Positions 49,401 through 62,789 are shown, counted from the first letter of the stretch. The stretch is 64,000 bases of DNA from Sphaerodactylus townsendi (GCF_021028975.2 NC_059426.1:74772001-74836000); one strand, 5' to 3'. Numbers and translations: made by a program. Notes: generated by a model not told the origin, from the sequence alone.

Positions 49401-50643
49401 AGCAAGTCTGAAGTCTGAAATCTCTAGCCTCATGTCAGGGTTCTAATGGCATTTTTTCTCTGATCCCAGAAGAAAGAAATGATTCCCACCAGATCATTCT
49501 TGGTAATTAAAACCTATCTTTCAGGGTTAGGATAGGGTTTTTTAAAATCCAATTTCAGTTTATGTAAACACAAACACAGTTTACAACTTCAATGAGGGCC
49601 AAAAGGTTGTGTTGTTTACGACCCAAGACCAAGTGGTTGCCATCCAAGATAAATGATCTCTCTAATGTGTAAACTTAAAGGAATGGATGTACTTTCTTCA
49701 CACAGTGGTTAAAAGGTATTAGAAATGTAATTCCACCATGGGCACTCCAGGCCATTTTCAAAATAGCAGCAATGACAGCTGACATTTAAACCAGAGACTT
49801 CATCCTTATCTGCACACCGTGGTGACCTTATCACACTGACAATTCATCTGTTTTTGTTGCACAGTGTTCTCTGATGTGGCAGGCACTGGTTAGTTGTGCA
49901 GGTTCAGGAAATGAAAAAAAAACTAGTCTGTGTCAAAGAGACACATGCTTATCAGGACATGCATCACACTGCATGCAGAACACAGAAACCAAATATTCTT
50001 TGCTAGCTGTCACCATCTTTTGGACAAGCCTCTGTAGTGATAATTTAACAACAGTTTAATTTGAACAGTTAGTGGGGCAATGATGTTTATTTCCAAACTT
50101 TGAAAAAGAACTTCCCCTTTTAATTGTGACTGCTCAGGGTGCTGTTAAAGGCACAGGAGTAATCCACACTGTCTTTTTCTCTGGTCAGTTGGCTAGTTTT
50201 TACAAAGCAGATAATCTGCACATGGAAAGTCACCTGTTTCAGACTCCCATCATTTTTGTAAAAACAGATCTTGAAGCCTTTATAGGCTTGTCAATAAAAC
50301 AGGGATCCCCCCCCCCCTCCCAATTAATTGACAACTTGGTCAAGAATATCCCTTGGGTGATAGGGACACTTCCTGAGACTTTAATCCAAATTAGATACTG
50401 GAGAAATTATACAAAATAAAACTCTAGTGGCACCTTATAAATTAACAATATTTATTTCAGCATGAGCTTCTGAGAGTCAGAACTTATTTTTTTAAATATG
50501 TTGGAAGAAAATAATTTTGGGAATAGTTGTAGAGAAAACTGCAGAAAAATTGTGCTCTTCAGTGGACTTCTTTTTTTCTTTTCCCTTTTTTGCACAAAAG
50601 ACTAACAAGACTACCCTCCTCAATAATCATGAGGGAGTTACAC

Positions 50644-51290
50644 CAGGGGCGTAACGAGGCAAACTGTAGCCCTGGGCAAAACCTGAGTTGGATGCCCCTG
50701 CCCCCCCATGGGCGGCCACTCCACCACGACCAAACTTTTTTTGCACCAGGACATTGGTGCCTGCAGGGGGTGCATTTTTAGACATATCAGCACCAAAATT
50801 TCAGCATATCACCAGGAGACTGTCCTTATGCTACCCCCCAGGTTTGGTTCAAGGAGTCCAAAGTTATGAACTCCAAAAGGGGGTGCCCCATCCCCCATTG
50901 TTTCCAATGAGAGCTAAAAGGAGATGGGGGTACAGTTTTGAGGGTCCATAACTTTGGCCCCCCTGAACCAAATTGCACCAAACCTGGGGGGTATCATTGG
51001 GGCAGTCTCCTGATGAGACCCTGAAAGCTTTGAGACTGTGCCCTCAGAAATGTGCCCCCCCAGCCTGCAACCCCCATTGACAGCAATACAGAAAACTCAA
51101 TGCAGAACAAAGATTCTTGGGCAAATTTCTGGGATGTTCCTGCAAGGGGTGCATTTTTTGATGTATCGGTACCAAAATTTCAGGGTATCATCCGGAAACT
51201 ATCCTGATGGGACCCCCCGAGTTTGGTGCAGTTTGGTTTAGGGGGTCCAAAGTTATGGACCCTCAAAGTGGGTGCCCCATCCCCCATTCT
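50644..51290. mobile_element. Non-autonomous DNA transposon related to the 3.4-4.6 kb element
   Basis: Terminus CAGGGGCGTAAC and repeated/inverted caccaaaatttcag..ggtccaaagttatggac blocks. Confidence 0.6.
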
Positions 51291-51601
51291 TTGCTAAGGA
51301 GATGGTCCAAAACACAAGGAGACTCTAAGGCTCAATCTGAGATCTAGGGGAGGGAGGCGCTGTCTGGGCATGTGCTCTTTTTTCAGTCGAGTATTTGATC
51401 AGATAAATGAGACTCAATAGCCTTATTCAGAGGAGTGGGGCTGCCAGTCCTGCACTATTTGCCTTTGCTGTAAAAAAAAAAAACAACCTTTCCTAGCTAT
51501 CTGTTCTTCTGGTCAAATTGTGGTTTAAAATGTAGTGGTTTAGAGCTCTTTAAATGCTTGATCCTAGAGAAAGAGTGGAATCCTTGCATAAATGACTCCA
51601 A

Positions 51602-51730
51602 GGCTGATTCCGCATGGGCCAAAAACAGCAGTGTGAAAACAGTGTGAAAGGGTTTAAAACGGTGTAAAAGGGTTTATACTGTTGTCACACCATTTTCACA
51701 CCGCTGTTTTTGGCCCATGCGGAATCAGCC
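51602..51730. mobile_element. Palindromic MITE, PIF/Harbinger-like (129 bp)
   Basis: TIRs GGCTGATTCCGCATGGGCCAAAAACAGC; 3-bp TSD CAA on both sides. Confidence 0.85.
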
Positions 51731-52312
51731 CAATCCACAGAAACCTATAGAATGCTAAACCATGTAAAAACACTGACATCCCCTGGGAGGCCAGCTCTGT
51801 CTCTAGTTGAGAAAGAAGGGCGAGGGGGAGAGGGATCCCCCCTGGAGAAGGGTGAGCTCTTCTCTCATGTACGCACCTGGCTGAGGTGGACCAGAGAAGA
51901 TCTCTAAAAGTATTGTACTGAATTTTTTTTAGCTAAGTAGAATATCTTTGGAGGTGACATGTTGCCTAGTTCTGCCCTAGATGGGTTGAAAGAGTCCAAA
52001 CTGGATAAACTTTTCTCCACGAATCCTGTCTCCTTGTGATTTAGCTCCAGTGCAGTGACCAGAGGCAGCAGACAGAAGGCTGAGTGCTAGGGGATTGTGA
52101 CAAGATCAAGTGTTGTTTTAATGTACTTAGGCCAATTCACACTGTTTTTTTCCCCCTCTGTTGAAGAAATATGAGTACATCTATATTTGCTCCTATTGGG
52201 CTATTCCTGCAAATGGGTCAGTGGAGATTTAAACATTGATTTGGTACATTCTTGGAAATATGTTCCAAAAAAGGTTGAACATTATACCGGTATGTTAAAT
52301 TACATTCTAGAC

Positions 52313-52453
52313 CAGGGGTCTGCGGCTCTCCATATGTTCATGGACTACAATTCCCATCAGCCCCTGCCACCATGGCAAATTGACCGTGGTGGCAGGGGCT
52401 GATGGGAATTGTAGTCCATGAACATATGGAGAGCCGCAGGTTGCACACCCCTG
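52313..52453. mobile_element. Fully palindromic hAT (Charlie-like) MITE (141 bp), related to 25673-25818
   Basis: CAGGGGT..ACCCCTG ends, 8-bp TSD TTCTAGAC, shared core ctacaattcccatcagcccctgcca. Confidence 0.92.
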
Positions 52454-54832
52454 TTCTAGACTCACATTGAGCCATTCAGAAGCTCCATTCAGTATGTACT
52501 AATCCATTGAATAGAAAGAACTCATATTGGTTGGTGCATATAAATAACAATTAATTACCGTACTTAGTGCATTATCTCACCCTTCCTCCCAGGATCTTAG
52601 GTTAAAATTCATGGCAAATTGGATCTGAATATGGGTCACTAATATAAATTGACCTGTAATATTTGAAAGATCGGACTGTTAGCTGGAAGACACCTGCACT
52701 ACGCAGTACACCAATAGATGTAACATGTCATTGCAACTGATTCATATATCATGACTGTACAATCTTTAAGAAACCTGGATTGCTGCTTCCCCTTGTTTAC
52801 ATATAGATTTGGTTTTAAAAACTCAGTTGGCTTGCAGAATAGCATATGAAATATTCCTAACCAAAGTTGTAGCTGCGGCAGAAATGAAAATCCAGAATTC
52901 CTGGGACTTTATTCATTTGTACTGATGGATTAGTGCCTACACCAAAAAAGAAGGCCACAGTACTGATGCTTCCCACCTCCTATTTAATGGAAAGAGAGAA
53001 GTACAATTTAGGTCATTAAAAATTCCCACATAATTTTATAGAAGACAGAAGACAATCCATTTAGATTGCTTACTACTTGCCAACTTTTGATTTTCCACCC
53101 TATAAATCAATAGAAAGGCTGTTGAAAGAGAGAGAACTCTCCTGAGGTTCCCAGAAAAATCTGTTTAGTGACTGAAAGCAAAATACTAATGACTGCATAT
53201 CTAGATTGACTGATAAGCATTCTCAGCATTCTGTCTTGCTGGGTTGCTCTTTTCCATGGTATCATAGATGCCTCAACCATAATTATTCAGTTCAGGCATT
53301 AATATTAAAGCAGCTGAAATGTCCTGGTCCACAGGAAGGACTGGAGAGAAATGGCCAGGAGTCCAATAATAAGGGTCTGCTGAGATTGGTTGGGTATCTC
53401 ACTAATATCCCATCCACCCACCCACCCACACACACACACACACACACTACAAAACAAAAAAACCTATTGTCTGAAAGTAAAATATCTTTTGGCTGCACTG
53501 TAGTTTCTTTATCTCATAAAATGCTGCCTTTGAGCATTAGTGAACACCATTTATAAACCACCACACACAACCATTATTGGGAGCAGTGGTTCCAATTCAG
53601 CAAGTTGATCATGGATACTAATGGAACATTCTACTCATAACTAACAGCCCCGTCCAAAGAGGGGGCTGAAAGGGCTTGAGGGAGTGGCATAGCCTTGAGC
53701 CAGTTCATTTACCCTCTGTGGGACACTTAACCCCAGTGGAGGTGGCAGACACACTGGTGGTCATGCATTCCACAGCCCTGCTGACTCATAACCTGGAAGT
53801 TCAGGCCACAGCAGGGCTGTGCTGGTGTCCAACTTAGATGTTGTGGGGGGGGGGGGGGGGAAGAGGCAGGGCATCCCCATGGTTGAAACCAAAATTAGCC
53901 AGCTCCTTTCCAGGGCTAAGGGCCAGTTGCTCGGCGCACTGGCCCTTGGATGTATGCCACCCTTTTGGTGGCATATGTCCTTTGCTCCCTGCACCACTGG
54001 AAAGCCCCATTGGAGGTGATGGGGCAGTTCCACAGTAGTGCCACATATTGCTGCCTCCAGGTTTAGATGGGACTGCAAATTTATCACCATTACTTTCAGA
54101 ACTGGGAAAAACTGAAATCCTGTGCCCATATTAGTAACTCTGAGTAAGAAGGACTGGGCTGAAAGTGTGACCAGAAAAAATCCCACAGGAAAAAGGAACA
54201 CACAGAAAAAAACACCCCACTGGCATGAATTCTCACAGGAAAAATGTATACACAGAAAAATTCCCACATGGAGAGTTGCCCACATGGAAAAATACACACA
54301 TATGTAATTAATACTTAAACATAATTAAAATAATATAAAATTTAAAATATCATATAATTAAAAAGAATAAAATAAACAACATAATATAAACAAAAGATCC
54401 AGTGACCATTAATATTTAAATATAATTTTAAAAAGCTATTCAGAAGGAAAAACAATAATAATAGAACATTTAAAAATATAATATAATTTAAAAGAATAAT
54501 ATAAACAAAAGACCCAGTGATCACAACAAAGGACCGCCTAACCTTAATAATTAAAACAGCAATGATTTAATGCTGAAAAATATTTTCCATAATGAGAGAG
54601 GAGAGAGCAGAGACAAATGAACTACACTAAACAAAAACTGATAATGAACTAGTTGCAACAATTGCCAACCCACACACACGAAGAAATATAATTATTTATT
54701 GCAAATTAGACAATCTCTTTAAGTAATTTTCAGACCAATCCAGATGCAGGGGGCAAACTCATCTTTGGAGCCGGTGCAGCCTCGCCCCAACATGAGTGCC
54801 ACCAGCACTAGTGGTTTATGCGTAGGATGAGG

Positions 54833-54968
54833 CAGTGGTGGGATTCAGCAGGTTCGCACCACTTCGGCAGAACTGGTTGTTAAAATGGTGCTTGTAAACA
54901 ACCAGTTATTAAATTATTTGAATCTCACCACTGAAACCGGTTGTTAAATGTTTTGAATCCCACCACTG
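54833..54968. mobile_element. hAT MITE, CAGTGGTGGGATTCA-TIR family
   Basis: TIRs and internal sequence as at 26180 and 36654. Confidence 0.88.
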
Positions 54969-55539
54969 GGTGGAGGGGTAGATACATGGGCAGCCAGGAT
55001 CTGTGTGGCTCCATAGTGCCAAACCCCAGGAAGCGGCTGCCATTTCCCAGCCCTGCCAACACAGGACAATACTCTGGTGTGACTGGGGGCATTCCGAGGC
55101 ATCAACCTTTCAGCCTGGATATCCTGCCACTGGAAGAGTTGGACCCTTTTGAATAACATAAATCCATTTAAGGCTATGAGGGATTCTCTGGCAGCTGGGT
55201 TTTTTTCTTTTTGCCACCTTCTGGCAACACCTGAATGCCATTTGGAGGCAACACGGCAGCGGCAATGTCCCCAGCCTCCTGGAGCTCTGCAAGTTTATCT
55301 TCCACCTGCTCATATTGCTGCACAAAAGTGACAACCATAAAATGCGATGCTTCACATATCCTCTTTTACACCTTGATGTGACCTACCTATGCATTAGCCA
55401 GTGTTAATTGCTAGCAAGCCAGTTCTCTCTGCAGTCCATCAACTAGAAACCACACGCTGGGATGACTGCAGTGGAATAGGGCAGTGGAATTAAAAGCATT
55501 GTGAAATCCCTCACAACAGTTTATAGTTTTTTGGTGACA

Positions 55540-55703
55540 GTTCCAGGAATCATGGAATCATGATGATTCCATATTCTTTTAGGAAACTGAGGATCTCTAC
55601 CCGCTGCACCTTCAATATATTTGGAAAAGAAGTATGTGAGCACCTCATTATAGTTATCTTCAACTGAAAATATAGCGGCAGGTTTATCAAAAATACATCT
55701 CAC
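55540..55703 (-). mobile_element. Possible Mutator-like (MULE) transposase remnant
   Basis: EVLTYFFSKYIEGAAGRDPQFPKRIWNHHD resembles the YF...YI..P.FP...WN segment of MULE transposases; recognised by eye only. Confidence 0.35.
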
Positions 55704-56269
55704 ATCATTGACTGGAGCAAGAGACTTCAGTGTTATTTATTTATTTGTTTGTTTTTTTGTTTTTGTGCCCTGTGCAGCACTTTCTTTGCTTTGGAGCCGG
55801 GGGAGGGTGGGGGGAAGCCAAGGCAAAGAGTCCCATCACCATGGCTTTGCAAGGCACACTATTTTCATTAAAGAAAAACAGCAGTCTACTCACTGTTGTT
55901 TAAAATTTGCAGTAGACCTAATACCAACAAAAAGGTGTGTGTCTGGGGGGGCGGCATTATGGATGTGGCCTGGGAGCCAATAGGGAAGCAGCCCAAAAAA
56001 GTTTGGGAATCACTACATTAAAGCCTCTTAAAGAATTCCAATTGTCACCAAAAGGCAGGAGTACGAGGATCCCTATGCTTGTCCCAGGCAATACTTAAGG
56101 TTATGTAGAACCACAACTGTCCTCTACCCAACACTAAACATGGAGAGGCTCGCTGGGAGAAGAACTGAATTTTTTGGGGCACTCAAAGTAGTCCAGTCAA
56201 CACTGATGTTGAGCATCCAAAATAAAACCTTAAGGGAAGATTGTCATATTGCTTGCAACAAAAGGGCAA

Positions 56270-56453
56270 CAATGTCTAGTCACATCTGACTTATGGTGAC
56301 TCTGGTGGGGTTTTCAAGGAAGAGACAGCCAGGGGTGGTTTGCCATCATCTGTGCCATATCATGTCCCTAGTACTTCTTGGAAGTCTCCCATCGAAATAC
56401 TTGCTGAGGTGGATGCTGCTTAGCTTCTGAGATCTGACGCGATCAGACAAGCC
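56270..56453 (-). mobile_element. 5S rRNA-derived SINE (5S-Sauria-like)
   Basis: Minus strand CTGATCGCGTCAGATCTCAGAAGCTAAGCAG..AGTATTTCGATGGGAGAC resembles the 5S internal promoter, followed by GGCAAACCAC..CTTGAAAACCC..CACCATAAGTCAG, a Sauria/RTE-type tail. Confidence 0.75.
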
Positions 56454-57544
56454 AGCAAGGCTGTTATTTCAGATTTCAGCAGTAGGGGTCAGCAAAGAGG
56501 TTTAAGTAGAGAAAGCATGATTTTGTGTAAGATAAAGGCTTCCAGCATATAAAACCCACCTATCAGTCTCCACCACCTGCTCAAGAAAACTTTAGATTCT
56601 GTCTTGTGGAGAGGGGATATTTTGTGGAGTAATTCTACATGCCCACATACATACATGCATGACATGCCCCCCCCCCCCCCCCCCCGTTGTTGGGAACAAT
56701 TCTTCATATATTTGGTCTGCAAGCAGTCAAACATTTATGTCTATGTAAAAGCTAAGTGTATACATCTGGGAGAATGCAGGAGAAGGTGAGGAATAGCTAT
56801 GTGCCTCTCACACCAAGGGAAGGAAGTCACATGTAAAAACAACAGGAAAAGATGATATCCCATACATACATTTTTTTCTATGACACTATCCTCTTGAATC
56901 TCTAGATGTACTTTATTTTTAAACTTTTTTTGGGGGGGGGGAGTTATGGGCATATGCCAAAAAAGCTTATCAGCATTGTTTTCCCATTTTTGAAAACTGT
57001 TTTTCTTGAGTTTAAAGGGGACTTCATTTAGTATATAGGTGAGTATTTTATTGCTGCAGTATTAATGCCTGCTTAATAGTATCACTTTGGACCATTATTA
57101 GATTTTTTAGCTTTCACCTGCTTTTTATTGATTGGCAAATGAGAGTGGCAAGAAGAACTCTCTTTCTGGCATCTTATTTATTTCCTGCACAGAACAGTGC
57201 CCAGAGATGCTGAAGCCCACCAACCTACCCCCAAGTTTGAAGACTGTAGGAGTATAAATTAACTGCTAGTAGTAACCAATATTATGTTTGTATTATGTAT
57301 AATAGAGCACCTGCTTACTCAAGGGTATGTGGCAGCCGTTAGTAATATTGGGTTGAATAGCATTTGCTCTTTGAAATGAGGTGGGGAGCAATTTAAATAC
57401 ATCTAACTTTTTTGAGGTGCAACCCTAAGCAGAGTTATCTCTAAATCCATTGATTTAGAAGGGTGTAACTGTTAAGAATTGGATAGAGTCCCCTTCCAAA
57501 ATATTGTATTAATATTCATAGGCTTAACTAGTCACTTGTATCAT

Positions 57545-58150
57545 ATTCAGCATGGTGCAATAGTTAAGAGCAGTGCGCTCTAATCTGGAAACCCAGGTTT
57601 GCTCCCCACTCCTCCACATACACGGCAGACTCCAATCTGGAGAACCAAGTTTGATCTCCCATTCGTCCAAATGAAGCCTGCTGGGTTACTTTGGGCTAAT
57701 CACAGTCCTTTCCAAACTCTCTCAGCCCCACCTACCTCACAAGGTGGCTGTTGGGTAAGTGGGGGCAACTGTAAGCAGCTTTGAGACTCTTTATGGTAGA
57801 GAAAAGTGAGGTATAAAACCAATTCTTCCTTTTCTCAATGGTTATGAATGATCCATTGGTGAAAAACCAGATATAAGAGCCAAGTTATATGCTGTATTCT
57901 GATGCCTAATGCACAATGAGTTTATTTATGTATTTAATTTATATTGTTCATTTATCATTTATCCAATAGGTACCCAAAGCAGCTTACATAATTCTCCTCT
58001 CCTAATTATACCTTCACAACAACCTGCAACGCAAGATAGGCTGTGTGTTACTGTTCCAAGGTCACCCAGCCAGCATTTATGACAGAGGGGAGATGTGAAC
58101 CTGACTCTCTCAAATCTGAGTCAGACACTAACCACTATACCACACTGACT
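57545..58150. mobile_element. Two MIR/L2-tailed SINE copies in opposite orientation
   Basis: tagttaagagcagtg..ctctaatctgga..cctacctcacaagg (+) and ccttcacaacaacc..aaggtcacccagc..aaccactataccacactg (-). Confidence 0.6.
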
Positions 58151-61100
58151 CTTCTCCTTCTCAGAAATGTCTTTATGAGCAATTTAGAGATGTCCCAAGT
58201 GCAAAAACAAGGCAGATATATTTGGGCTGGGCATAAAAGTGTAGAACTCTGCCTTACGGCTGCTTTGAGATCTTGTCCTGGCCCTGCAGATAATAGCAGG
58301 TGATTGCAGCATATTTACATAGCTAAAGGGAAAGGGTGATGAATCCTATGACTTCTTTCTGCCAAGTTGGATCTGATGCCTCTCTTTTACCAAGGCTTAC
58401 TGAAAGGTTTCCTCCACTGGTTTTTAAAAGTTACTTCATGGCACAGTGCCACAGTACATCCTACCATCTCAATGTTCCATCATGCAGCTAAAACATAGGC
58501 TTAAATAGTAGAAAAACTTGGGGTGAGAGCGGGGAGTAGCTTCACAATGCAACCCAAAGTGGTGGATTTGATTAGAAGAATTCATCCTGAGGGAAGAAAA
58601 TCAATGGTGCTTCCCTGCACATCCATACCATGTAGCGTGAGATAACTTGCCCCTGAAGAAATGGCTGCTTGATCAAATAAGCAGATTAAAATGTCAACAG
58701 AAAAGCAAAGCAACCAAAAAGAAAGCAGAAATAGTTCCCAGCATCCATCCAATGTATTGATTTCTATAGGCAGAGAACTGCCAGTTTATAGTAATGTCAC
58801 CTGATCAGAGAGATCAGTTTTTGCTTGGTTGAATGCAGTCTTAGTAGACAGTGACAAGTGAGTTCATGTAGAAGTCTGAGACACAGGCATTTGGTTAATA
58901 GTGGCGGAAAAATAGCAGTTGAAAGCCCCAATCTGAAGCACAGGTATTGTTCTCTGAAGCAGGTCAAGAGCATCCATCACTGACTCTGCATATCCAGTAC
59001 AGACCCCTTTTTTACCGGATGCTTGTTTTATCTATTACATCAGTGCTCTAGCTTTCAAGAGCCTGAACTCATCCTTCCCCTAAAGACCAACCCAAGCTCA
59101 CAGCAAGTGAATTTTGCTGCTGAGTAATCATCTAATTATTATAGGATAAACATTAATCATCTATACCCTCCCCGCACACATAATCTCAATCTATTGTAAC
59201 TATATCATGCAAAAGAATACACAGAGGAAGTCACAGCCACCTTTTTTCTGGGTATGGATACTGATAGGAAACCTGCAGGAGGCAAAGACTGGCACCTTTC
59301 ACTCACACATTGTTAATTTAATCAAAAACATCAAAAACAGGGAAAAACAGAAAGAGCAAGAAGAGCAAAACAGAGTTTTGTATTACTAGAGGTATACTAA
59401 TGGGAATGTGACTTTGGTTATAAAAAAAGGTACATGGTAGCCAGCAAGATTACTTAGTTCCAACTAACCAAAATCCAGCCTGGCAGGAGAAGAAAGTATG
59501 AATGTGTTCCACTAGGGGTCAAAAAACTGGACTCGTCCCCAGACGTGCACATGTGTATCAGGAGTTCTGCGAAGGACAAATATACAGGAACCACTACTCT
59601 GCTGTAATAAGAATTCTCAAGAAGGGCAATTACTGAGGTTCTGTCACTCCTTAAGAGAAATTGTCAGGTCATGTTTTCTTTTTGGTGTCATCATTTGCAA
59701 ACTGAACTGAGTCCATGCACAAGATTTTCTACCTCCTCTACTTTAATGTTTTGATTATAAATACTCAAGTTTGATAAAGGAATTGTTAGCAGACTGCAAC
59801 CCAAGAAACATTTATCCAATTTTAAGCCTCGAGTAATCTCTGTGGTGAAATTCAGAGCATATTTTAAAATGACACAACTGGTCAGATTCTCAGGTAAAAC
59901 TTTGTGCTTATGTGGGGGGGGGGGGAATGGGCTCTTCCAAACTCAGTGATTTATCTCACAGAGTGTACAGCCCTCAATGAATCACTCAGATACTATCAAC
60001 TAAGTAAAAGCTGCAACTGTGAGAAAATTACAGATTGGTAGCCCAGAAATTGTAGTCCAAGTTGCTAACTTTGACCCACCAAGCTCAGTAACTTTGGGAA
60101 TTTTCCTGTGCAGATGGTGATTGGACTAGACTGCAACAGGAGCCTGGACAGGAGCCACAAGCACTTTTTGAGTACTGTCTGCACCACAATGTACCTCACA
60201 ACTCACTGGCCTGTATTTTGAATCCCTCACCAGTTTTGAAAGGACTTTTCTTGCTTTTTTTACATCCTGCACTCTTTCCTCCTCCTCCTCCTCCTCCTCC
60301 ATGTTGGACTTTGTGAAATCTGTCCCTCCAACACTGAAACATATGCCTCTAATATTTAAAAAACACACAAACCAATCTCATCCCATCATCATCAAGGTTT
60401 GTTATATTGCCTTCCTTTATATGGGGGCAGGTATACTAGGCATAATGCTAGAAAAAATTACCTGTTGTAAAATTATGCTTTTGATTCCACTCAACATCTT
60501 AGTGATTAGACGAGGCAACAACAACTATGAGCAAAAAGAGGTGGATCCTGACAGTTTTATAGCCCAAATAGGTAAGGCTGAAGGAATAAGAGAATTGGCA
60601 CAAAAGTACACATTTCAAATATTTTATATTGATTTCTGCCTCCCTTCCTGTTCTTCTATCATTATCCAAATTCTACCTCTTTCTCTGAGTGGTCCTCAAT
60701 CAATCTCTTCTAGAGTATCTGAAACTCCATTCTGTGTCAATGTCTCTATTTTCCACTTAATACCAGACACATGGATATCCTCTTCTCACTTCACCCTGAG
60801 TGCCTACCTAGCTAGATGTTTTTTGATGTCTTTGTGGGCATCACTGGTCAGTTTCAACACAGATATATGGATTTAGTAACATTAAGTATGTATGCAGTTC
60901 TTTGTAGTGTTCTAATCTTGTAAGGTAGATGAGACTGCTGTAGTTAAATGTCTAAAAGTGAATAAACTGAAACAAGGTGGAAGTTAATGGTATTTAGGAA
61001 ATGGTATTTAGGAAAGACATTGTACTCCCCCCTTTGGATGCAGTTCAGCTGTCCATTGATGCTTCAGTTGAGTGCTCTGGGATTACAGTGGATCCAGCAT

Positions 61101-61169
61101 CATTGCAAAAGAACCAAATGAATGCAACTGCCAAAAAAAACCCCAAACACTTTCTTCCATCTTCACTTA

Positions 61170-61640
61170 GGGTCTTAGGCCCTCTACCTTGACTTAGCCA
61201 ATCTAGCCGTTTGGATACATGTCATAGTAACATTAAGAGTGCACTATTATAGTGTACTCTGTGTGGGTCTGCCCTTGAAGCCACCTGGTACAGGATGTTG
61301 CAACTAGGTCATTACCTAGGAGCTAGGTGGAACCTGCACATTACATCCATTCATTAGTCATTCCACTGGCTGACCACCAATTACTTGATTCAGTTCAAGG
61401 TGCTGGCTATCACACACAAAACCCTTCATGGCCTCCGGTCCTCATATCAGTAGGATTGCCCCTCCTCTTATGCATGACAGTTTCTCTCATCTCAGCAGGG
61501 CCTTCTGTAGGTGTTACTATACAAACATGCAAGATCAACTACTGTCAATACATGTGCATTCTTTGTTGTAGGCTCCACCATGTGGAATGGTCTGCTTGAG
61601 GAGGTTCAAAAAACTCCTGTGCTTCTGTCATTCCAATTAT
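61170..61640 (+). mobile_element. Degenerate L2 LINE ORF2 C-terminal fragment
   Basis: Broken frames reading ..CVGLPL..HITS..HWL..IQFKVLAITHKTLHG. Confidence 0.55.
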
Positions 61641-61706
61641 TGCCTGGTGTGATGGACTGCAGAAAAAGGGTTAATTTCAAAGCATAGTCCTAACACAGAA
61701 AAAGAA

Positions 61707-62390
61707 TGTAATGAGTTAACCCAGAGCTCCACCTGATTGGATGGCTGCAGCTGCAGCTATCTATAAAAGTCAGAGGGTGTGTGCTTCTGAGGCAGGTAGG
61801 GCACAGATGGGGAAGAGATAGGGAACAGATTGAGAAAGGCAGAGAGTCAGAAAGAAACAGTCCTCAGAGCTAAGAGGAAGAGAACTTTACTTCATAGAAG
61901 ACTGGATAGCCAGTTTTGGAGAAGGACTGAGAAAGGCCAGCGGCATGAAACATGAGCCTAGGTCCTAGGAAAAACCTAATCACAGAAACAATAGTTAAAA
62001 CACATGGAAGGCTTGGTTATAGGTCTCTGCGGAGAAAGTACCTAGATATGGGACCATAGAGTCTCTGAGGGTGTGTGTTATTTAATAGGCAGAGTCAGGA
62101 ATGAGTTCCAGGTGGTACCCCAGAGCCTGCTCTGTGAAGCCCAGTGTGACTCTCTTTAATGGAAAGAGTAGGTTGTTTAAGTATTTGTCTAAATCTGTGA
62201 AAGGAAGGTTTTCCCCGAAGAAAGTAATTTAGTGAAGGAACATTTATTTAACCTGAGTCAACATTCTAACAACTAAGACGATTAACTAAGAATTGTCTGT
62301 AACAACAAAATATTTGTCTGTGTATTCCTGCCTAAGAAAAATAAAACTATCTCTGTAACATCTATTCTAGTAATTTTGTAAATAGACGTT
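61707..62390 (+). mobile_element. Probable LTR
   Basis: Starts TGTAATG; inverted CCAAT (gattgg ~61735), TATAAAAG ~61763, AATAAA ~62340. 3' end obscured by the CR1 insertion. Confidence 0.45.
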
Positions 62391-62392
62391 CT

Positions 62393-62785
62393 ATAAGAAC
62401 ATAAGAACATAAGAACAAGCCAGCTGGATCAGACCAAAGTCCATCTAGTCCAGCTCTCTGCTACTCGCAGTGGCCCACCAGGTGCCTTTGGGAGCTCACA
62501 TGTAGGATGTGAAAGCAATGGCCTTCTGTGGCTATTGCTCCCGAGCACCTGGACTGTTAAGGCATTTGCAATCTCAGATCATGGAGGATCAAGATTGGTA
62601 GCCATAAATCGACTTCTCCTCCATAAATCTGTCCAAGCCCCTTTTAAAGCTATCCAGGTTAGTGGCCATCACCACCTCCTGTGGCAGCATATTCCAAACA
62701 CCAATCACACGTTGTGTGAAGAAGTGTTTTCTTTTATTAGTCCTAATTCTTCCCCCCAGCATTTTCAATGAATGCCCCCTGGTTC
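62393..62785 (-). mobile_element. CR1 LINE 3' end with terminal (TTCTTATG)n repeat
   Basis: RTRGHSLKMLGGRIRTNKRKHFFTQRVIGVWNMLPQEVV..FKRGLDRFM, 3'UTR, and three ataagaac units at 62393-62417. Confidence 0.93.
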
Positions 62786-62789
62786 TATT

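Noticed and set aside
11131-54968. Recurring ~100-135 bp sequence as a CRISPR-like or regulatory array
   Set aside because: Dispersed copies with TIRs and 8-bp TSDs are MITEs; eukaryotic context and no repeat-spacer structure.
56370-56453. 5S rRNA gene
   Set aside because: Partial, diverged and fused to a SINE tail.
60301-60876. 191 aa plus-strand ORF
   Set aside because: No recognisable domain or splice context; composition fits chance open frames in AT-rich DNA.
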